A stretch of DNA of 63,653 nt, filler included, from Octopus bimaculoides (taxonomy: Eukaryota), in the NCBI RefSeq assembly GCF_001194135.2. It is 6 parts of 6 records of this genome, joined end to end, with 100 filler letters (N's around TTAATTAATTAA, not from the genome) between each part and the next. Parts side by side here need not be neighbours in the genome. Positions count along the whole stretch, not along the records: positions 1 to 8,109 come from NC_068997.1; positions 8,210 to 14,022 come from NC_069006.1; positions 14,123 to 30,183 come from NC_069003.1; 3 more parts are not named here. The stretch is one strand, 5' to 3'. The notes under the pieces were generated by a model. That model was not told where the DNA came from and ran no database searches. It saw nothing but the letters and a program-made list of their open reading frames with translations. Both the position numbers and the translations under genes were made by a program. Each line of letters begins with the position of its first letter. The first letter of the stretch is position 1. Positions 1 to 14,700 of this stretch are shown here, one piece after another.

Positions 1-226
1 TATAACTCTATTTAGGGGCCAATACGAAATAAATAAATAAATGAATAAATATATCATTGATCCCTCTCTCCAACACTCAATTTTTCTCGTTCTCCCTATG
101 TCTCTGTCTGTCTGTCTGTCTGCATGTCTGTACGTCTGTCTTTGTTGTTCTCTTTTTGTATCTCTGTCTCACTCTCAGTAGGTTGATCTTTCTTTGTCTC
201 TCATTCTCTGACTATTTGTCCCTTAT

Positions 227-269
<43 letters not shown>

Positions 270-842
270 CTCTATCTATATATCTATCTATCTATCTATC
301 TATCTCGAATGAAAGTTTCAATAAAAAATGGGTAAATGTGGCAAGAATGGTAAGAATGAAAGACGACACCATTTTAAGCATAGACTTGTAACAAAAAGAG
401 ACAAAAAGAGAGAAGGTACTTACTTTCATGTACCTTTTAAAAAAAAAAGCCTGAGGTGACCGTGGTCTTTTCCGTAGGCTTTTCTCTCCACGGATAAACC
501 TAATCTGTTCCCCGTTTTTTACATCGATTGTGATACACGATCCCTATTGNNNNNNNNNNNNNNNNNNNNNNNNNNNNNNNNNNNNNNNNNNNNNNNNNNN
601 NNNNNNNNNNNNNNNNNNNNNNNNNNNNNNNNNNNNNNNNNNNNNNNNNNNNNNNNNNNNNNNNNNNNNNNNNNNNNNNNNNNNNNNNNNNNNNNNNNNN
701 NNNNNNNNNNNNNNNNNTTTTTTTTTTCTTCCCGCGATCCCTTTTGATCGAAATTATCCCCCCTCCCCCCAAGAAAAGCTCTACTTTGTAATTTGTCCAT
801 TTTCTGTATTTAGCCCTGTGTGGCTATAATAAGAAGATATCT

Positions 843-995
843 ATCTATCTATCGTCGTTGTTATCGTCATCATCATCGTCCTCATCATCACTATGATAAT
901 CACCAGCACCACCATCATTACCACCATCATCATTACCACCACCACTACCACCACCATCACCAGCACCACCATCACCAGCACCACCAGCACCACCG

Positions 996-1038
<43 letters not shown>

Positions 1039-1660
1039 TCTCATCATCATCATCACCTTCGTTTCTATTAAATATACATTGCTCGTGACCAATGATCTTG
1101 GCATCGATTTTTGGTTGCTAATGCTGCTGCGGCTGTTATTGTTGCTGCTACTGATGGTGATGTTGATGTTGCTGCTATTTTTGTTGCTGTTGTTTGTCTC
1201 TTTCATTGATTGACTGATTGTTGTCCTTGTTGTTGTTGTTGTACTTCTATGTCTGCAATAGTCTTTATGCAAACTCCAATTCAATCTAACGGTGTTATCT
1301 ATTGAAGTGGTAGGACTTTTCTTGTAGCTGCTGATGTTGCTCTAACTGATCCTGTTACCGTTATTATCATTAATATAGCTGCTAATATTCTTATACCTGG
1401 TGGTTGTTGTTTTCGCTCTTGTTGTTGTTGTTGTCGACGTTATTGTTGTTGTGACTGCTATTCTTTTGCTATTTATTGTTGCTGTTGCTTCTACTGTTGA
1501 TGCTACTGGTGTTGTCGTTGTTTACTGCTGCTGTTGTTTTCTTGCTTCAATTATTTTTGTTGCTGCTGCAGTTGTGGGTGCTATTGCTGCTGAATGTTTC
1601 TAGGTTTGGCTGCCACTGTTGCTGTGCCACCGTTATTGTTGTTGTTGTTGTTGTCGTTGC
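843..1660. repeat. Compound trinucleotide low-complexity region (CAT, CAC, GTT, GCT)
   Basis: Directly visible. It is the source of poly-H, poly-I and poly-V ORFs. Confidence 0.9.
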
Positions 1661-1881
1661 TATTATTTCACAACCATCGCAACACGTAGCGCTTCTCGCG
1701 AACGCGGGTTCGTGAGATGGTTGTGATCTGTAAACAGTTTTGAGTAGGAACCGAAAAGAGACGTATGAACACGTCGGCAAAAGACACCGATAGAATAAGT
1801 ACTAGGCTTATAAAGAATAAATAAAGGTGGTGCACCGGCATAGCCACAGCCAAATGACTGAAAGAAGCAAAAAAATGAGAT

Positions 1882-1946
<65 letters not shown>

Positions 1947-3362
1947 GGCAGATAGATAGATAGGTAAGCAGAGTTAGCGGTTGTAGTAAGCGTCTAAGGG
2001 ATAGAAGTATCCATATTTACTATCGGAATCAATTACCTGTGCTATCCTTGGGGATGGGTAAGTAGGCACGCTATACTTGTAGGGTACAGGTAACAAAAGT
2101 TTATTAGGAATCGACGGGCTTCTCTCAGTTTCTGTCTGCCNNNNNNNNNNNNNNNNNNNNNNNNNNNNNNNNNNNNNNNNNNNNNNNNNNNNNNNNNTAT
2201 GCATGTATGTAGATAGAGTGTGTATGTGTATGTGTGTGTGTGTGTGTGTTTGTGCGTGTTTATACAGGCTAACATTTTCTGTGAAAGAATATGTATATCA
2301 CTTTGTATGCCAAGGTTGCTGGGTGTAGCTATGAATGTATTTGTGTGTGTCTGTATGTGTGTGTGTGTGTCTGTATGTATGTGTGTATGTGTGTGTGTGT
2401 TTGCGTGTGTTGCGTTTATGTGTGCAAGGTGTGAATGTTGTGAGGTGGGGGTTGTTTGTGTATGCGTGTCTATGTATATAAGTAACAACTACTCGGGGAC
2501 TGAGAAACTAGACCGACTAAAGAAAAAAATATAGGAGCGATGGAGAGTAAATGAACTGGAGAGACAGTCTTACTTGCGGAGAGACAATCTTGATGGAGCA
2601 GAATAGTGGTTGTGCAGACGGCGGAGGCTGCTCCGAAGGCAACGGCGGCAGCAGCAGCAGCAACAGTAATGGCGGCGGCGGCGGTGATGGCTAGAGATTT
2701 GGTGGCAGTTGGTAGTTGGTGGAGCTAGGAGTTNNNNNNNNNNNNNNNNNNNNNNNNNNNNNNNNNNNNNNNNNNNNNNNNNNNNNNNNNNNNNNNNNNN
2801 NNNNNNNNNNNNNNNNNNNNNNNNNNNNNNNNNNNNNNNNNNNNNNNNNNNNNNNNNNNNNNNNNNNNNNNNNNNNNNNNNNNNNNNNNNNNNNNNNNNN
2901 NNNNNNNNNNNNNNNNNNNNNNNNNNNNNNNNNNNNNNNNNNNNNNNNNNNNNNNNNNNNNNNNNNNNNNNNNNNNNNNNNNNNNNNNNNNNNNNNNNNN
3001 NNNNNNNNNNNNNNNNNNNNNNNNNNNNNNNNNNNNNNNNNNNNNNNNNNNNNNNNNNNNNNNNNNNNNNNNNNNNNNNNNNNNNNNNNNNNNNNNNNNN
3101 NNNNNNNNNNNNNNNNNNNNNNNNNNNNNNNNNNNNNNNNNNNNNNNNNNNNNNNNNNNNNNNNNNNNNNNNNNNNNNNNNNNNNNNNNNNNNNNNNNNN
3201 NNNNNNNNNNNNNNNNNNNNNNNNNNNNNNNNNNNNNNNNNNNNNNNNNNNNNNNNNNNNNNNNNNNNNNNNNNNNNNNNNNNNNNNNNNNNNNNNNNNN
3301 NNNNNNNNNNNNNNNNNNNNNNNNNTTGATAGATGGAAACTGAAAGAAACCCGTCATATACA

Positions 3363-3431
<69 letters not shown>

Positions 3432-4473
3432 TGAGAGATATATGTGTGTGTATATATATATAGAGAGATAGATATATGTTTGTATGTATACATAGACATA
3501 TATATATTTATACATACACACGTATGCATAAGTGTATGTATATATGTATATATATACATACACATATGCATATGAAAAATATATATGCACATATGCATAT
3601 GCACAGATACATACATATCTTGCATATAGTGTATACACAATTTTTGCATACATACACATATATAGTTATATATGAATATAGTTATCGTTCAAATTAGTTC
3701 AAATTATATGCACATAAGCATCATGAACGCGCATTGCTCTATTCGCATATGCTTATATATTAGCATATATGTTATATGTATATATATATATGTATACATG
3801 TATGTACGCGTAATTTGATTGCATATGTACACACTTTTTTTTTAGAGGAGAACATACCTGTGGTGAATGCAAGAAGTTGTGTCTACACAGATCTGCACTA
3901 TGTAGTTGTCACATAACGTCAAATTTCTGACAAGTTGCTTTCCTTGAAGCTTGAGATCTAGGTCTATTTTTTTTGTTCACATAATTAGTGAATTCGAGTT
4001 GTTTCTCAAAATGGCGAAATCAAAAATTGACCTAAACAGCTGTTATCTTTAAAAGATTTACGTACCATACCTGTTCTTAGAATTTTGATCAATTTAACGG
4101 AGTTAGCGCAAAGGTAAGGAAATGCAATATTGTACTGGTGCTTCGTAGAGAGCTTGCAAATGACAACCAATCCCATCTTATGTTTTTTCTGAAGTTAGTG
4201 GACTTTGATTATATGCGCCATAGAAACCGGGAAAACGGGCCCATAAGCCTGGCTAGGCTTTAAAGGGGTGCATAAATAAATAAAAATGTATGTGTGTATG
4301 CATGTATACATAAGTATATGTAAATATATACATGTGTATGCGTATATTTTATTTGTATGTATTACATGCATATGCAGAAAATCTAACATGCCTGCATCTT
4401 AAATCCTCATGTATGTCTTTTATCTAATTGGCATACATACGTAGTGGCAAACATTACAGATACACAACCATAC

Positions 4474-4561
<88 letters not shown>

Positions 4562-5504
4562 NNNNNNNNNNNNNNNNNNNNNNNNNNNNNNNNNNNNNNN
4601 NNNNNNNNNNNNNNNNNNNNNNNNNNNNNNNNNNNNNNNNNNNNNNNNNNNNNNNNNNNNNNNNNNNNNNNNNNNNNNNNNNNNNNNNNNNNNNNNNNNN
4701 NNNNNNNNNNNNNNNNNNNNNNNNNNNNNNNNNNNNNNNNNNNNNNNNNNNNNNNNNNNNNNNNNNNNNNNNNNNNNNNNNNNNNNNNNNNNNNNNNNNN
4801 NNNNNNNNNNNNNNNNNNNNNNNNNNNNNNNNNNNNNNNNNNNNNNNNNNNNNNNNNNNNNNNNNNNNNNNNNNNNNNNNNNNNNNNNNNNNNNNNNNNN
4901 NNNNNNNNNNNNNNNNNNNNNNNNNNNNNNNNNNNNNNNNNNNNNNNNNNNNNNNNNNNNNNNNNNNNNNNNNNNNNNNNNNNNNNNNNNNNNNNNNNNN
5001 NNNNNNNNNNNNNNNNNNNNNNNNNNNNNNNNNNNNNNNNNNNNNNNNATATATATATGCATATATACACATATACATATCTATAAAGTATATATGCATG
5101 AATTATAAATGTTTATCTATAAATTTTAAATGGTAAACAGCGCCAATGGATTTCTTACGGCCAGTTATACTAAAAGCATTTAAGGTAATTAAGAAATCAG
5201 AATAGCGCTGTATCAGTCATATCTTCCAGTATATCAAATATTTATCTAAATTATCCTTAATCCGTACAGAGATAGGATGTTAATTCATATGTATTTGTGA
5301 CTACATATATAAATATAAATTTTCACAAGAAGTGATAGTGGCTTCGAAGTCTCGGCTTTCTTTCAATTTATTAAAGGTTTTAAACGGAACTTTGGATTCA
5401 AAGTCGATTTTTTCCTAGCAAATCTTTAATAAATGTACTTTACATAATATATATTAAGCGTTCTCTACGTAATTTGTAATAAACGTACTCTACTCTAAGC
5501 TTAC

Positions 5505-5735
5505 AAGGCAATGGGCAGGCAGAATCGTTAACAAGCCGAACAAAATGTTTAGTGGCTTTTCATCTGTCTTTACGTTTTGACTTCAAATTCCTCTGAATTC
5601 CTTGACTTGTCTGTCATCCTTTCGGACTCGATAAAATAAGTATCAATTAATTGGTGGGCTCGATATAATCGACTATCGCCCTCCCACGCAATTTCCTGAC
5701 CTTGTGCTAAATTTGGAAACCAATATACTTTAAAG
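5505..5735 (+). mobile_element. Old SINE family A copy
   Basis: GGCAGAATCGTTAAC...CTTCAAATTC...TCATCCTTTCGGACTCGATAAAATAAGTA. Confidence 0.65.
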
Positions 5736-6087
5736 CTTACTTTTATTTTTTAGCATCTCGTGATTATCGAGATGATACAAAAACCCGAGTCACGATGTAT
5801 TATAATTAACGGGATCCATTGGTATACATCTATTAAACTCGACCACTACGTATATTAAGTTCGATATTTTGCCATGCTTTCAACGTTCCTTTACTCGTCC
5901 TTGCCTTCTTCTCTTCCCGTTCTACGGCCCAGCACTACCCTTGTATCTCCTCTACGTTTTCTTTTAAAGGCGATTTTAATTGGGCGATCTATCATTATTG
6001 ATCACTGTTCAAGTTCAAATTAAAGTCAATCGTTTTAATCGCGACTGTTACAGATTACAAAAATGCATACAAGCATACACACACTGT

Positions 6088-6126
<39 letters not shown>

Positions 6127-6695
6127 NNNNNNNNNNNNNNNNNNNNNNNNNNNNNNNNNNNNNNNNNNNNNNNNNNNNNNNNNNNNNNNNNNNNNNNNNN
6201 NNNNNNNNNNNNNNNNNNNNNNNNNNNNNNNNNNNNNNNNNNNNNNNNNNNNNNNNNNNNNNNNNNNNNNNNNNNNNNNNNNNNNNNNNNNNNNNNNNNN
6301 NNNNNNNNNNNNNNNNNNNNNNNNNNNNNNNNNNNNNNNNNNNNNNNNNNNNNNNNNNNNNNNNNNNNNNNNNNNNNNNNNNNNNNNNNNNNNNNNNNNN
6401 NNNNNNNNNNNNNNNNNNNNNNNNNNNNNNNNNNNNNNNNNNNNNNNNNNNNNNNNNNNNNNNNNNNNNNNNNNNNNNNNNNNNNNNNNNNNTATATGTA
6501 TATGTATATACATACATTTATATATATTAATGTTTATATATGTGTGTGTATAATAATGATTATATATATATATATATATAAATACACATACACACTCATA
6601 TATACATATATATATGTGTGTGTAATACCACACAATGCTTCACCAAGACTACTCCATTTTAATATATGTCTATGTATGTGTGTGTGTGTGTGTGT

Positions 6696-6726
<31 letters not shown>

Positions 6727-7950
6727 ATTGCATAAAATCGACGGGCGCTTCATTTCCATTGTTGTTTAAAAAATATTTCTCGTTTTTTGTTTTTATATTT
6801 CACGTTGGTATATAATTGTGTTTTGTGTTTTTTCGAGGTGGGTGTAATAGTTTGTGGGGATATTTTTAGGGTGAATTTTTCCACATAGACTTGTTGTTGT
6901 TGTTATTGTTGCCATTGACCTTGTTGTTGTTGTTAATGTTGCCGTTGTTGTTGTTTGTTTGTTATTGTTGTTGTTGCTGTGAGTCTCGCAAACAAAGCGA
7001 CTCATTAGAAATAGATGTATTCTGAATTCTATCAGTTTCTGCAAACAAATATTGACATCCATCTATTTACACGCGTAATTGGCTTTTTCGTCTTTTATCA
7101 ACGAAACCTTGTCGATCAATATACTGAGTAAAAATTTAAAAAAAATTAATCTGAAACAATACATACGCAGACACGCGCGCACTCTCGCACATACGCATGC
7201 ACAACTGCGCACACACGCGCGGGTGCATACGCATGCACGTACACACATTTTGTGCTTCAGTATTACGTCTAGGGTTAACTCTTTCCCGTGGAATACTCAG
7301 CCGTTTAGAAGTCTGGCTTTAAAATTAGATCAGTGAAACGAACAATCAAATTGTTCGTCGCCGAAACTGTTGGCGACTGGTTAGACCGTGAGAAGCATAG
7401 AGCCGTTTACTCGGTTTCCCGGTTTCTCATGTGTATATATTCGTTCTTAAACGGGATGCCTGTCCATCGCAGCTTTACTACTTGGGTGAACTGGAGCAAC
7501 GTGAAATGAAATGTTTTGCTTAAGAACACGACACATTGCTCGGTCCAATTAGCTGCAAAAATTTATTAACTGCAGAGTTGTTTCCGGACTCAGCACGCCA
7601 GATTGAAGACATTTGAAAGGATACACTGAATGTAATTTGTAGAACTCTACACGTACTCCCTTTCGGGTGGACGTCCTGTGTCTAGTTCTGGAAATTATAT
7701 TTCATAAATCGACAGACTACGCTGATGATCCTGCAGATATTTGCTTATGTAAATATTAAAAGGGGAAACCATGGTACGTAGGTTAATCGTTTTTTTATTA
7801 TTATTTAGTATTTTTTCATTTGTCTTGCTCTTTTACAGTCTGTTATGTCGCTAAATTTTTACTGAGAACATATTCTTCGTGGTTAGATGATTCGGCATCT
7901 ATTTCTAGCATATAGGAATCCACTTTTGCTGGTCATTCCTCTTATTTTTG

Positions 7951-7993
<43 letters not shown>

Positions 7994-8222
7994 TTATTCT
8001 GCATTTTCGTGCAGCTGAAGATTGCTCTACATATTGCATTTAATGTAATGCTCACATAGCTTAAATAAATGGAGTAGCATGAAACGTGCGTACTGCAACC
8101 ATCTTTAAANNNNNNNNNNNNNNNNNNNNNNNNNNNNNNNNNNNNNNNNNNNNTTAATTAATTAANNNNNNNNNNNNNNNNNNNNNNNNNNNNNNNNNNN
8201 NNNNNNNNNATATATATATAAA

Positions 8223-8258
<36 letters not shown>

Positions 8259-8597
8259 TATATGCATATATGTATATGTATCTGTATATATGTGTATATG
8301 CATGTATAAACACATACAGAGTCGCAAACACTTCTGCATCGACATGCGTGTATACACCATTGTGCAAGTGTATGCACACACATACAGTGACATGCAACCA
8401 CACACAGAGAAACACAGGCGATCCATTTTTGGTTTACCTCTTATCTGTCTGCACATCAGTAGATAGGAATATTTACACATACGCATACATTGGCCATAGA
8501 CTAACACATACAGACCAAAACAGAGGCAACTAGAGATGCTGTCACACACAAATGGGCCCCACACTTATACACCCAGGCACACACAAATAATTACATG

Positions 8598-8644
<47 letters not shown>

Positions 8645-8779
8645 AACGCTGATTTTAATATATATATATATATATATAGATTGTTTTCCAACCACATGGT
8701 TCCGGGTTCAGTCTCACTGCGTGACTCTATTGTCGCCACGGGCTGACCATCCCTATCACTGCTTGACAACCGGTGTTTA

Positions 8780-9465
8780 ATCGTAAATACCTTGATGCAA
8801 TTCCAGGCAGTGGCTCTCATGGCTTCTGATCTTAACTGAGTGGAAGTGTTATCATGGACATTGTTTTGTCTTGGTATAAAAGATGGGCTACAGCAAATGT
8901 TCTGCTCAATACCACAGACACAGACTTGCTTGTCAGTTGCTTGACCTTAACCAGTTGAGCATGTCCTTTGGAGGCTGACGATATGCGCATCTCTGATCAT
9001 GAGAAGAAGTAGTGGGGGGAGCATCATAGCCATGTGTTGAGAGGAATTCTTTGGGGTTTGAATAATTCACTTCTGGAAGCATGGGTGTTTCGTTCAATAT
9101 TCTTAAACAACCCTTATTCAGGGATCTTTTGAGCGGGATGGGCTACTCGATCTGAAGAAAATTCTAACTGGGACCCACCTGCAAGGTCATGCAATGTTTA
9201 TCTTGATATGAGATCACCATGTCGCACACATATGGTTGTGATGCATATTCCTGGTGTATCCCTATGCAACAAGTATGGACTTAACAAAGCAAAAAAGTGG
9301 TACGAACATAAACACGAAGTCATCATTGAAAATGATAATGCATAGACTCTGTGGGGTTTTACGATTCAATGCGACCATTTTCCTTCATGTGCATTACAGC
9401 AGTTTAGCTCTTATTTCTAGCAATGTGGGTATTTCTTAACACCCTAGTCACATTTAATGACAATG
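8780..9465. repeat. Unclassified interspersed-repeat-like segment
   Basis: Complex non-coding block without splice or ORF support, lying between microsatellites. It is present once here, so its repeat status is inferred. Confidence 0.3.
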
Positions 9466-10309
9466 ATATATATATATATATATATATATANNNNNNNNNN
9501 TCATAAAAAATATTTTAGTACTAGTTTCAGTCATTGAGACTTTTTCAACCCTAAGTATGGAAAACAATTAAATTTTGGAAAAATTAAATGAAAAGTCTTT
9601 TAAAAGAATATTTGCATAATATTCAAATACAAGGGGCATCTTCCTTGTTTCTGCCTGTCTCTGTCTCTCTTGTTTACTCTTGGGGGTTCGAGGTCGTTAG
9701 TTAGTTACATACATATTTGTATGTGTGTGTGTGTGTGTGTGTGCTTGTGTATGCATGGATCTCTTTCTCTCTGAATGTAAATGTTTATAAAATACAAACG
9801 TCAACTTCATCACACGAAAAACCATTCCCCATCCACAAAAAAAGAAACAAAATATATTTGCTTATTAGATAATGTAAAGACGTTAACGCAGCCGGTGCGG
9901 CTTAGGCTTGTGTAGAATTTATTGAGAAACCAGATTATTTTATTGATTGTCGCCGGAAACTCACAGCTAAGATATTAAAACAACAAGCCAGACATTTTGG
10001 AGAAAAATGAAAAATACTTATGTAACTTCCTAAAAATACATTGTTTGACTTTTATTTTTTTAATCTTTTTATTATTATTTTTTTTGTTTCTATTGCTTTG
10101 TGTTTGTCTTGATTGGAAGAAGAAAGAATCAACATTCAATAATTGTTCGGAATGATAGAGGAATGTCTGGTTACAAACATTGGTTGTGTTTCGATGTACT
10201 AAAATAATAATAATAATGATGGCGATGATATCAATATGGAACAAGTGTGCAAAAGCTTCGTTCAAACGTAGTAATCTGACCGCTAATAATAATAATAATA
10301 ATAATAATA

Positions 10310-10712
10310 TCTGGGTAAGAAGTATTTGACAAGCTCAGAAAATATAAAGATTTGCTCATTGAAACTGAAAACTGTGGCACCCAAAAGCGATTACAATACC
10401 AAAGATTGTAGGACTGATCAAAAACGGAATTATTTGAGAATGATCCCTGGCTTACCATTCATGCAGGAAGTGCAAAAGATTGTTTTGACTGCTACGTCAC
10501 ACGCATTGAGAAGAGCATTGTCGATGTAAGAACGATTACCATCCATGTAACTTCATTTCATTTTGAAACGGAATAAACTGGTGTATTTAATTTAATAACC
10601 TGTCAATGCATAAAGTGAGTTTCTTTGCTCTAGGTGTCGGGAAGGCACTCAACAAGAAATAGAGTCGACTTGTACAAATACAAAACAAAAGTCAAACATA
10701 TAATAATACTAA
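10310..10712 (+). mobile_element. 5-prime-truncated copy of the same RLE non-LTR family
   Basis: Reads NYLRMIPGLPFMQEVQKIVLTATSHALRRALSM*. The terminal ACTTGTACAAATACAAAACAAAAGTCAAACATA is shared with the 14.5-kb copy, and a (TAA)n tract precedes it. Confidence 0.7.
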
Positions 10713-11497
10713 AACGAACTCCTTAAGCAATATTATTTACAGTTTCCCCATCCAGGTGTTAAGGATCACACCGTCCAACATCCATCGTTCTCATCCCACG
10801 ACTGATTACACTCCAAGGATCCGAACCTGTCCCGTTTCAGCCAAGGCCTCTTTTAATCCTCGCCACCACCCGACGTAGTTACTAACCATAATATTACGTT
10901 ACACCATCAAATAGAAACAATTTCTTTCCTTTAAACAATCCTATCTGGCCACTATCACAGAATTTATTTATTCNNNNNNNNNNNNNNNNNNNNNNNNNNN
11001 NNNNNNNNNNNNNNNNNNNNNNNNNNNNNNNNNNNNNNNNNNNNNNNNNNNNNNNNNNNNNNNNNNNNNNNNNNNNNNNNNNNNNNNNNNNNNNNNNNNN
11101 NNNNNNNNNNNNNNNNNNNNNNNNNNNNNNNNNNNNNNNNNNNNNNNNNNNNNNNNNNNNNNNNNNNNNNNNNNNNNNNNNNNNNNNNNNNNNNNNNNNN
11201 NNNNNNNNNNNNNNNNNNNNNNNNNNNNNNNNNNNNNNNNNNNNNNNNNNNNNNNNNNNNNNNNNNNNNNNNNNNNNNNNNNNNNNNNNNNNNNNNNNNN
11301 NNNNNNNNNNNNNNNNNNNNNNNNNNNNNNNNNNNNNNNNNNNNNNNNNNNNNNNNNNNNNNNNNNNNNNNNNNNNNNNNNNNNNNNNNNNNNNNNNNNN
11401 NNNNNNNNNNNNNNNNNNNNNNNNNNNNNNNNNNNNNNNNNNNNNNNNNNNNNNNNNNNNNNNNNNNNNNNNNNNNNNNNNNNNTGAACTACTACTA

Positions 11498-11530
<33 letters not shown>

Positions 11531-11554
11531 TATGATGATAATAATAATAATAAT

Positions 11555-11911
11555 AATAATAATAATTTTTTGCCGCAAGGGCAGCTTGGGGGAGGTGAGG
11601 ATAAGTCGATTACATCGGCCCCAGTGTTCAACTGGTACTTATTTTATCGACCCCGAAAGAATGAAGGGCAAAATCTATCTCGGTTGAATTTGAACTCAGA
11701 ACTTGAAGACGGACGAAATACCGCCAATAATAATAATAATGATAATAATAATAATAATAATAATGTTCCTGATGATGACAAAAAAGCAGACGACAGATGA
11801 ATCATGAGGCAGAGGAAGAAAAGTTGTAAAAAGATGAATTGGAGGAAATAGATGAAGAACACGAAGAAAAGAAGCGAGTACGAAGAAAATATATTGTTAT
11901 TATCATTATTA

Positions 11912-11946
<35 letters not shown>

Positions 11947-12462
11947 GCTGTTGTTTTTGTTGTTGTGAGGAAAATGAAGAAAAGGAGGAGGAAAAAGAAG
12001 GTGGATGAGGCGCTAGAGTAAAAAAAAAAAAATGAATGAGGAGCAGACGATCGGTTATTATAATGTAAATTGTAACTAGGAAATAATAATAATGATACCG
12101 GAGTGATCAAAGGTTTGTTTCTGGAGAAGAGATAATTTATTTGTTTGAGAATGAGAAAAGGTAGCCCAGTGGAAAATTGCAGATACCGTCACGGTTATTA
12201 TTTTAAAAATAGAAGAAAACCAGGTGGAAAATGGAGAAAGAAAAGAAAAACAACAACAACAACAACAACAAGAAACACACAAACAAATAAACAAAAATCA
12301 GAAACATGCATATGCATATACACATACTCAACACATACATACACACACACACACGTACACACACAAACACACACAAACACACACAAACACGCATACATAC
12401 GCAAACAAAATGAAACAAAGACAAAAAGCTCACCAATAAATATTAATAAAGAAACAGCGATT

Positions 12463-12502
<40 letters not shown>

Positions 12503-12765
12503 CAGCAGCAGAAGCAGAAGCAACGCTACGATTTGCAGTAGTAGTGGTAGTAATTGCAATATTGGTTTCAAATTTTGGCACAAGGCCAGCAATTTCATGG
12601 GAGGGTTTAAGTCGATGACATCGACTCCTGTGCTCAACTGGTACTTATTTTATCGACCCCGAATCGATGAAAGGCCATGTCGACCTCAGCGGCATTTGAA
12701 CTCAGAACGTAAAGACGGACGAAATGTCACTAAGCATTTTGCCCGGCGTGCTACCAGCTCGCCAA
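11555..12765 (-). mobile_element. Two SINE family A copies (11555-11725 and 12560-12765) separated by trinucleotide repeats
   Basis: Family A core at both positions. Confidence 0.75.
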
Positions 12766-12773
12766 TGATGATA

Positions 12774-12810
<37 letters not shown>

Positions 12811-12822
12811 GGATGATGATGG

Positions 12823-12858
<36 letters not shown>

Positions 12859-13416
12859 CGGTGATGAGACGGTGATGATGACCGTGGTGATGGTGGTGGT
12901 GATAATGATGCTGTTGAGGGTGACTATGATGATGATGATGATGAGGATGATACTGATNNNNNNNNNNNNNNNNNNNNNNNNNNNNNNNNNNNNNNNNNNN
13001 NNNNNNNNNNNNNNNNNNNNNNNNNNNNNNNNNNNNNNNNNNNNNNNNNNNNNNNNNNNNNNNNNNNNNNNNNNNNNNNNNNNNNNNNNNNNNNNNNNNN
13101 NNNNNNNNNNNNNNNNNNNNNNNNNNNNNNNNNNNNNNNNNNNNNNNNNNNNNNNNNNNNNNNNNNNNNNNNNNNNNNNNNNNNNNNNNNNNNNNNNNNN
13201 NNNNNNNNNNNNNNNNNNNNNNNNNNNNNNNNNNNNNNNNNNNNNNNNNNNNNNNNNNNNNNNNNNNNNNNNNNNNNNNNNNNNNNNNNNNNNNNNNNNN
13301 NNNNNNNNNNNNNNNNNNNNNNNNNNNNNNNNNNNNNNNNNNNNNNNNNNNNNNNNNNNNNNNNNNNNNNNNNNNNNNNNNNNNNNNNNNNNNNNNNNNN
13401 NNNNNNNNNNNNNNNN

Positions 13417-13456
<40 letters not shown>

Positions 13457-13965
13457 TTCTTCACGCATTTCTATACAGCATCACATCAAGTTTCTCTACG
13501 AACTTCCCACCGAGCGGTCATTGCTCTATCCGCCTGTGCATCTGTCTGTCAGTCTCCATACTTCTCTCTGTATATCTAACTCTTATCTCTCGCGTTATGT
13601 CTATCTGTCTTTCTGTATACATGTATATATATATGTATCTGTTTATCTATATTTCTATCCATCCATCCAATCCGTCTGTCCGTCTGTCTGTCTATCCGTC
13701 CGTCCACCCATCCATCTATCTATCCAACCATCCATCTATCTCTCCCTCCTATTTTCTCTCTCTCCCTCTATCTAGCTGTCTATCTCTCCCTCTTTCTCTC
13801 TCTCTATCTCTCCATCCACCCATCCATTCATTCATCCATCCATCCATCCATCCACCTAGCCATCAATCTATCTCTCCCTCTTTCTCTCTCTCTATCTATC
13901 CATCCACCCATCCATTCATCCATCCATCCATCCATCCATCCATCTAGCCATCAATCTATCTCTCC

Positions 13966-14022
<57 letters not shown>

Positions 14023-14122
14023 NNNNNNNNNNNNNNNNNNNNNNNNNNNNNNNNNNNNNNNNNNNNTTAATTAATTAANNNNNNNNNNNNNNNNNNNNNN
14101 NNNNNNNNNNNNNNNNNNNNNN
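14023..14122. other. Artificial scaffold join (44 N + TTAATTAATTAA + 44 N). Identical joins at 8110-8209, 30184-30283, 56440-56539 and 62491-62590
   Basis: Identical 100-bp layout five times. The linker gives stop codons in all six frames, so it is an assembly device and not biology. Confidence 0.9.
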
Positions 14123-14505
14123 GTGGAATCTGAAGACGAAAACAATACCTATTGTCATAGGTGCCCTGGGAATGACAGCGAAACGGGCTGATTACTACCT
14201 AGCTCAGATACCAGGAAACCCCAAAATGGCTGAAGTCCAAAAGATAGTGCTCATGGGAACTGCCCATATCCTACGTAAAATACTGTCTATGTGATCTCAA
14301 ATTTTAAAGCAAACATAATTTTCTTATGGTTTCTTAAACATTCACTTGAACAAAACTGTACAAATCCAAATATATGGTACCCTAGGCATAACACCTACAT
14401 GAACTTCTAACTTGTTGTCTCTTGAGGTCTCTAGGTGAGACTTGGATCCAACTTGTACAAATGCAAAACAAAAGTCAAACATAAAATAATAATAATAATA
14501 ATAAT
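14123..14505 (+). mobile_element. 3-prime end of an RLE-bearing non-LTR retrotransposon (R4/Dong- or HERO-like)
   Basis: Open frame WNLKTKTIPIVIGALGMTAKRADYYLAQIPGNPKMAEVQKIVLMGTAHILRKILSM* (stop 14292-14294), followed by a 3-prime UTR ending in (TAA)n. Confidence 0.8.
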
Positions 14506-14700
14506 TCTTTCCAATTGTTGGCATAAGGCCAGCAATTTTGAGGGAAGGGCAAGTCAGTTACATCAACCCCAGTACTTGAAAGATACTCATTTCATCAATC
14601 CCTAAAAAGATGAAAGGTAAAATTGATGTAGGTGGTATTTGAACTCAGAATGTAAAAAGCCAGAAGGTATACTGCTAAGCATTTTGTCTGACCAGCAAAC
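14505..14700 (-). mobile_element. SINE family A copy, CpG-decayed
   Basis: Family A core with TG/CA at consensus CG sites. Confidence 0.7.

Noticed and set aside
3858-4190. Several short open frames with GT/AG signals on both strands (for example DLDLKLQGKQLVRNL..., NFDQFNGVSAK)
   Set aside because: No recognisable protein. Overlapping candidates on opposite strands and transposon-like context suggest chance.
8154-8165. TTAATTAATTAA repeated five times at centred positions in N runs
   Set aside because: It is an assembly linker and not a genomic motif or piggyBac target.
13810-13965. Direct duplication of about 75 bp of CCAT/CT-rich sequence
   Set aside because: Ordinary slippage within a compound microsatellite.
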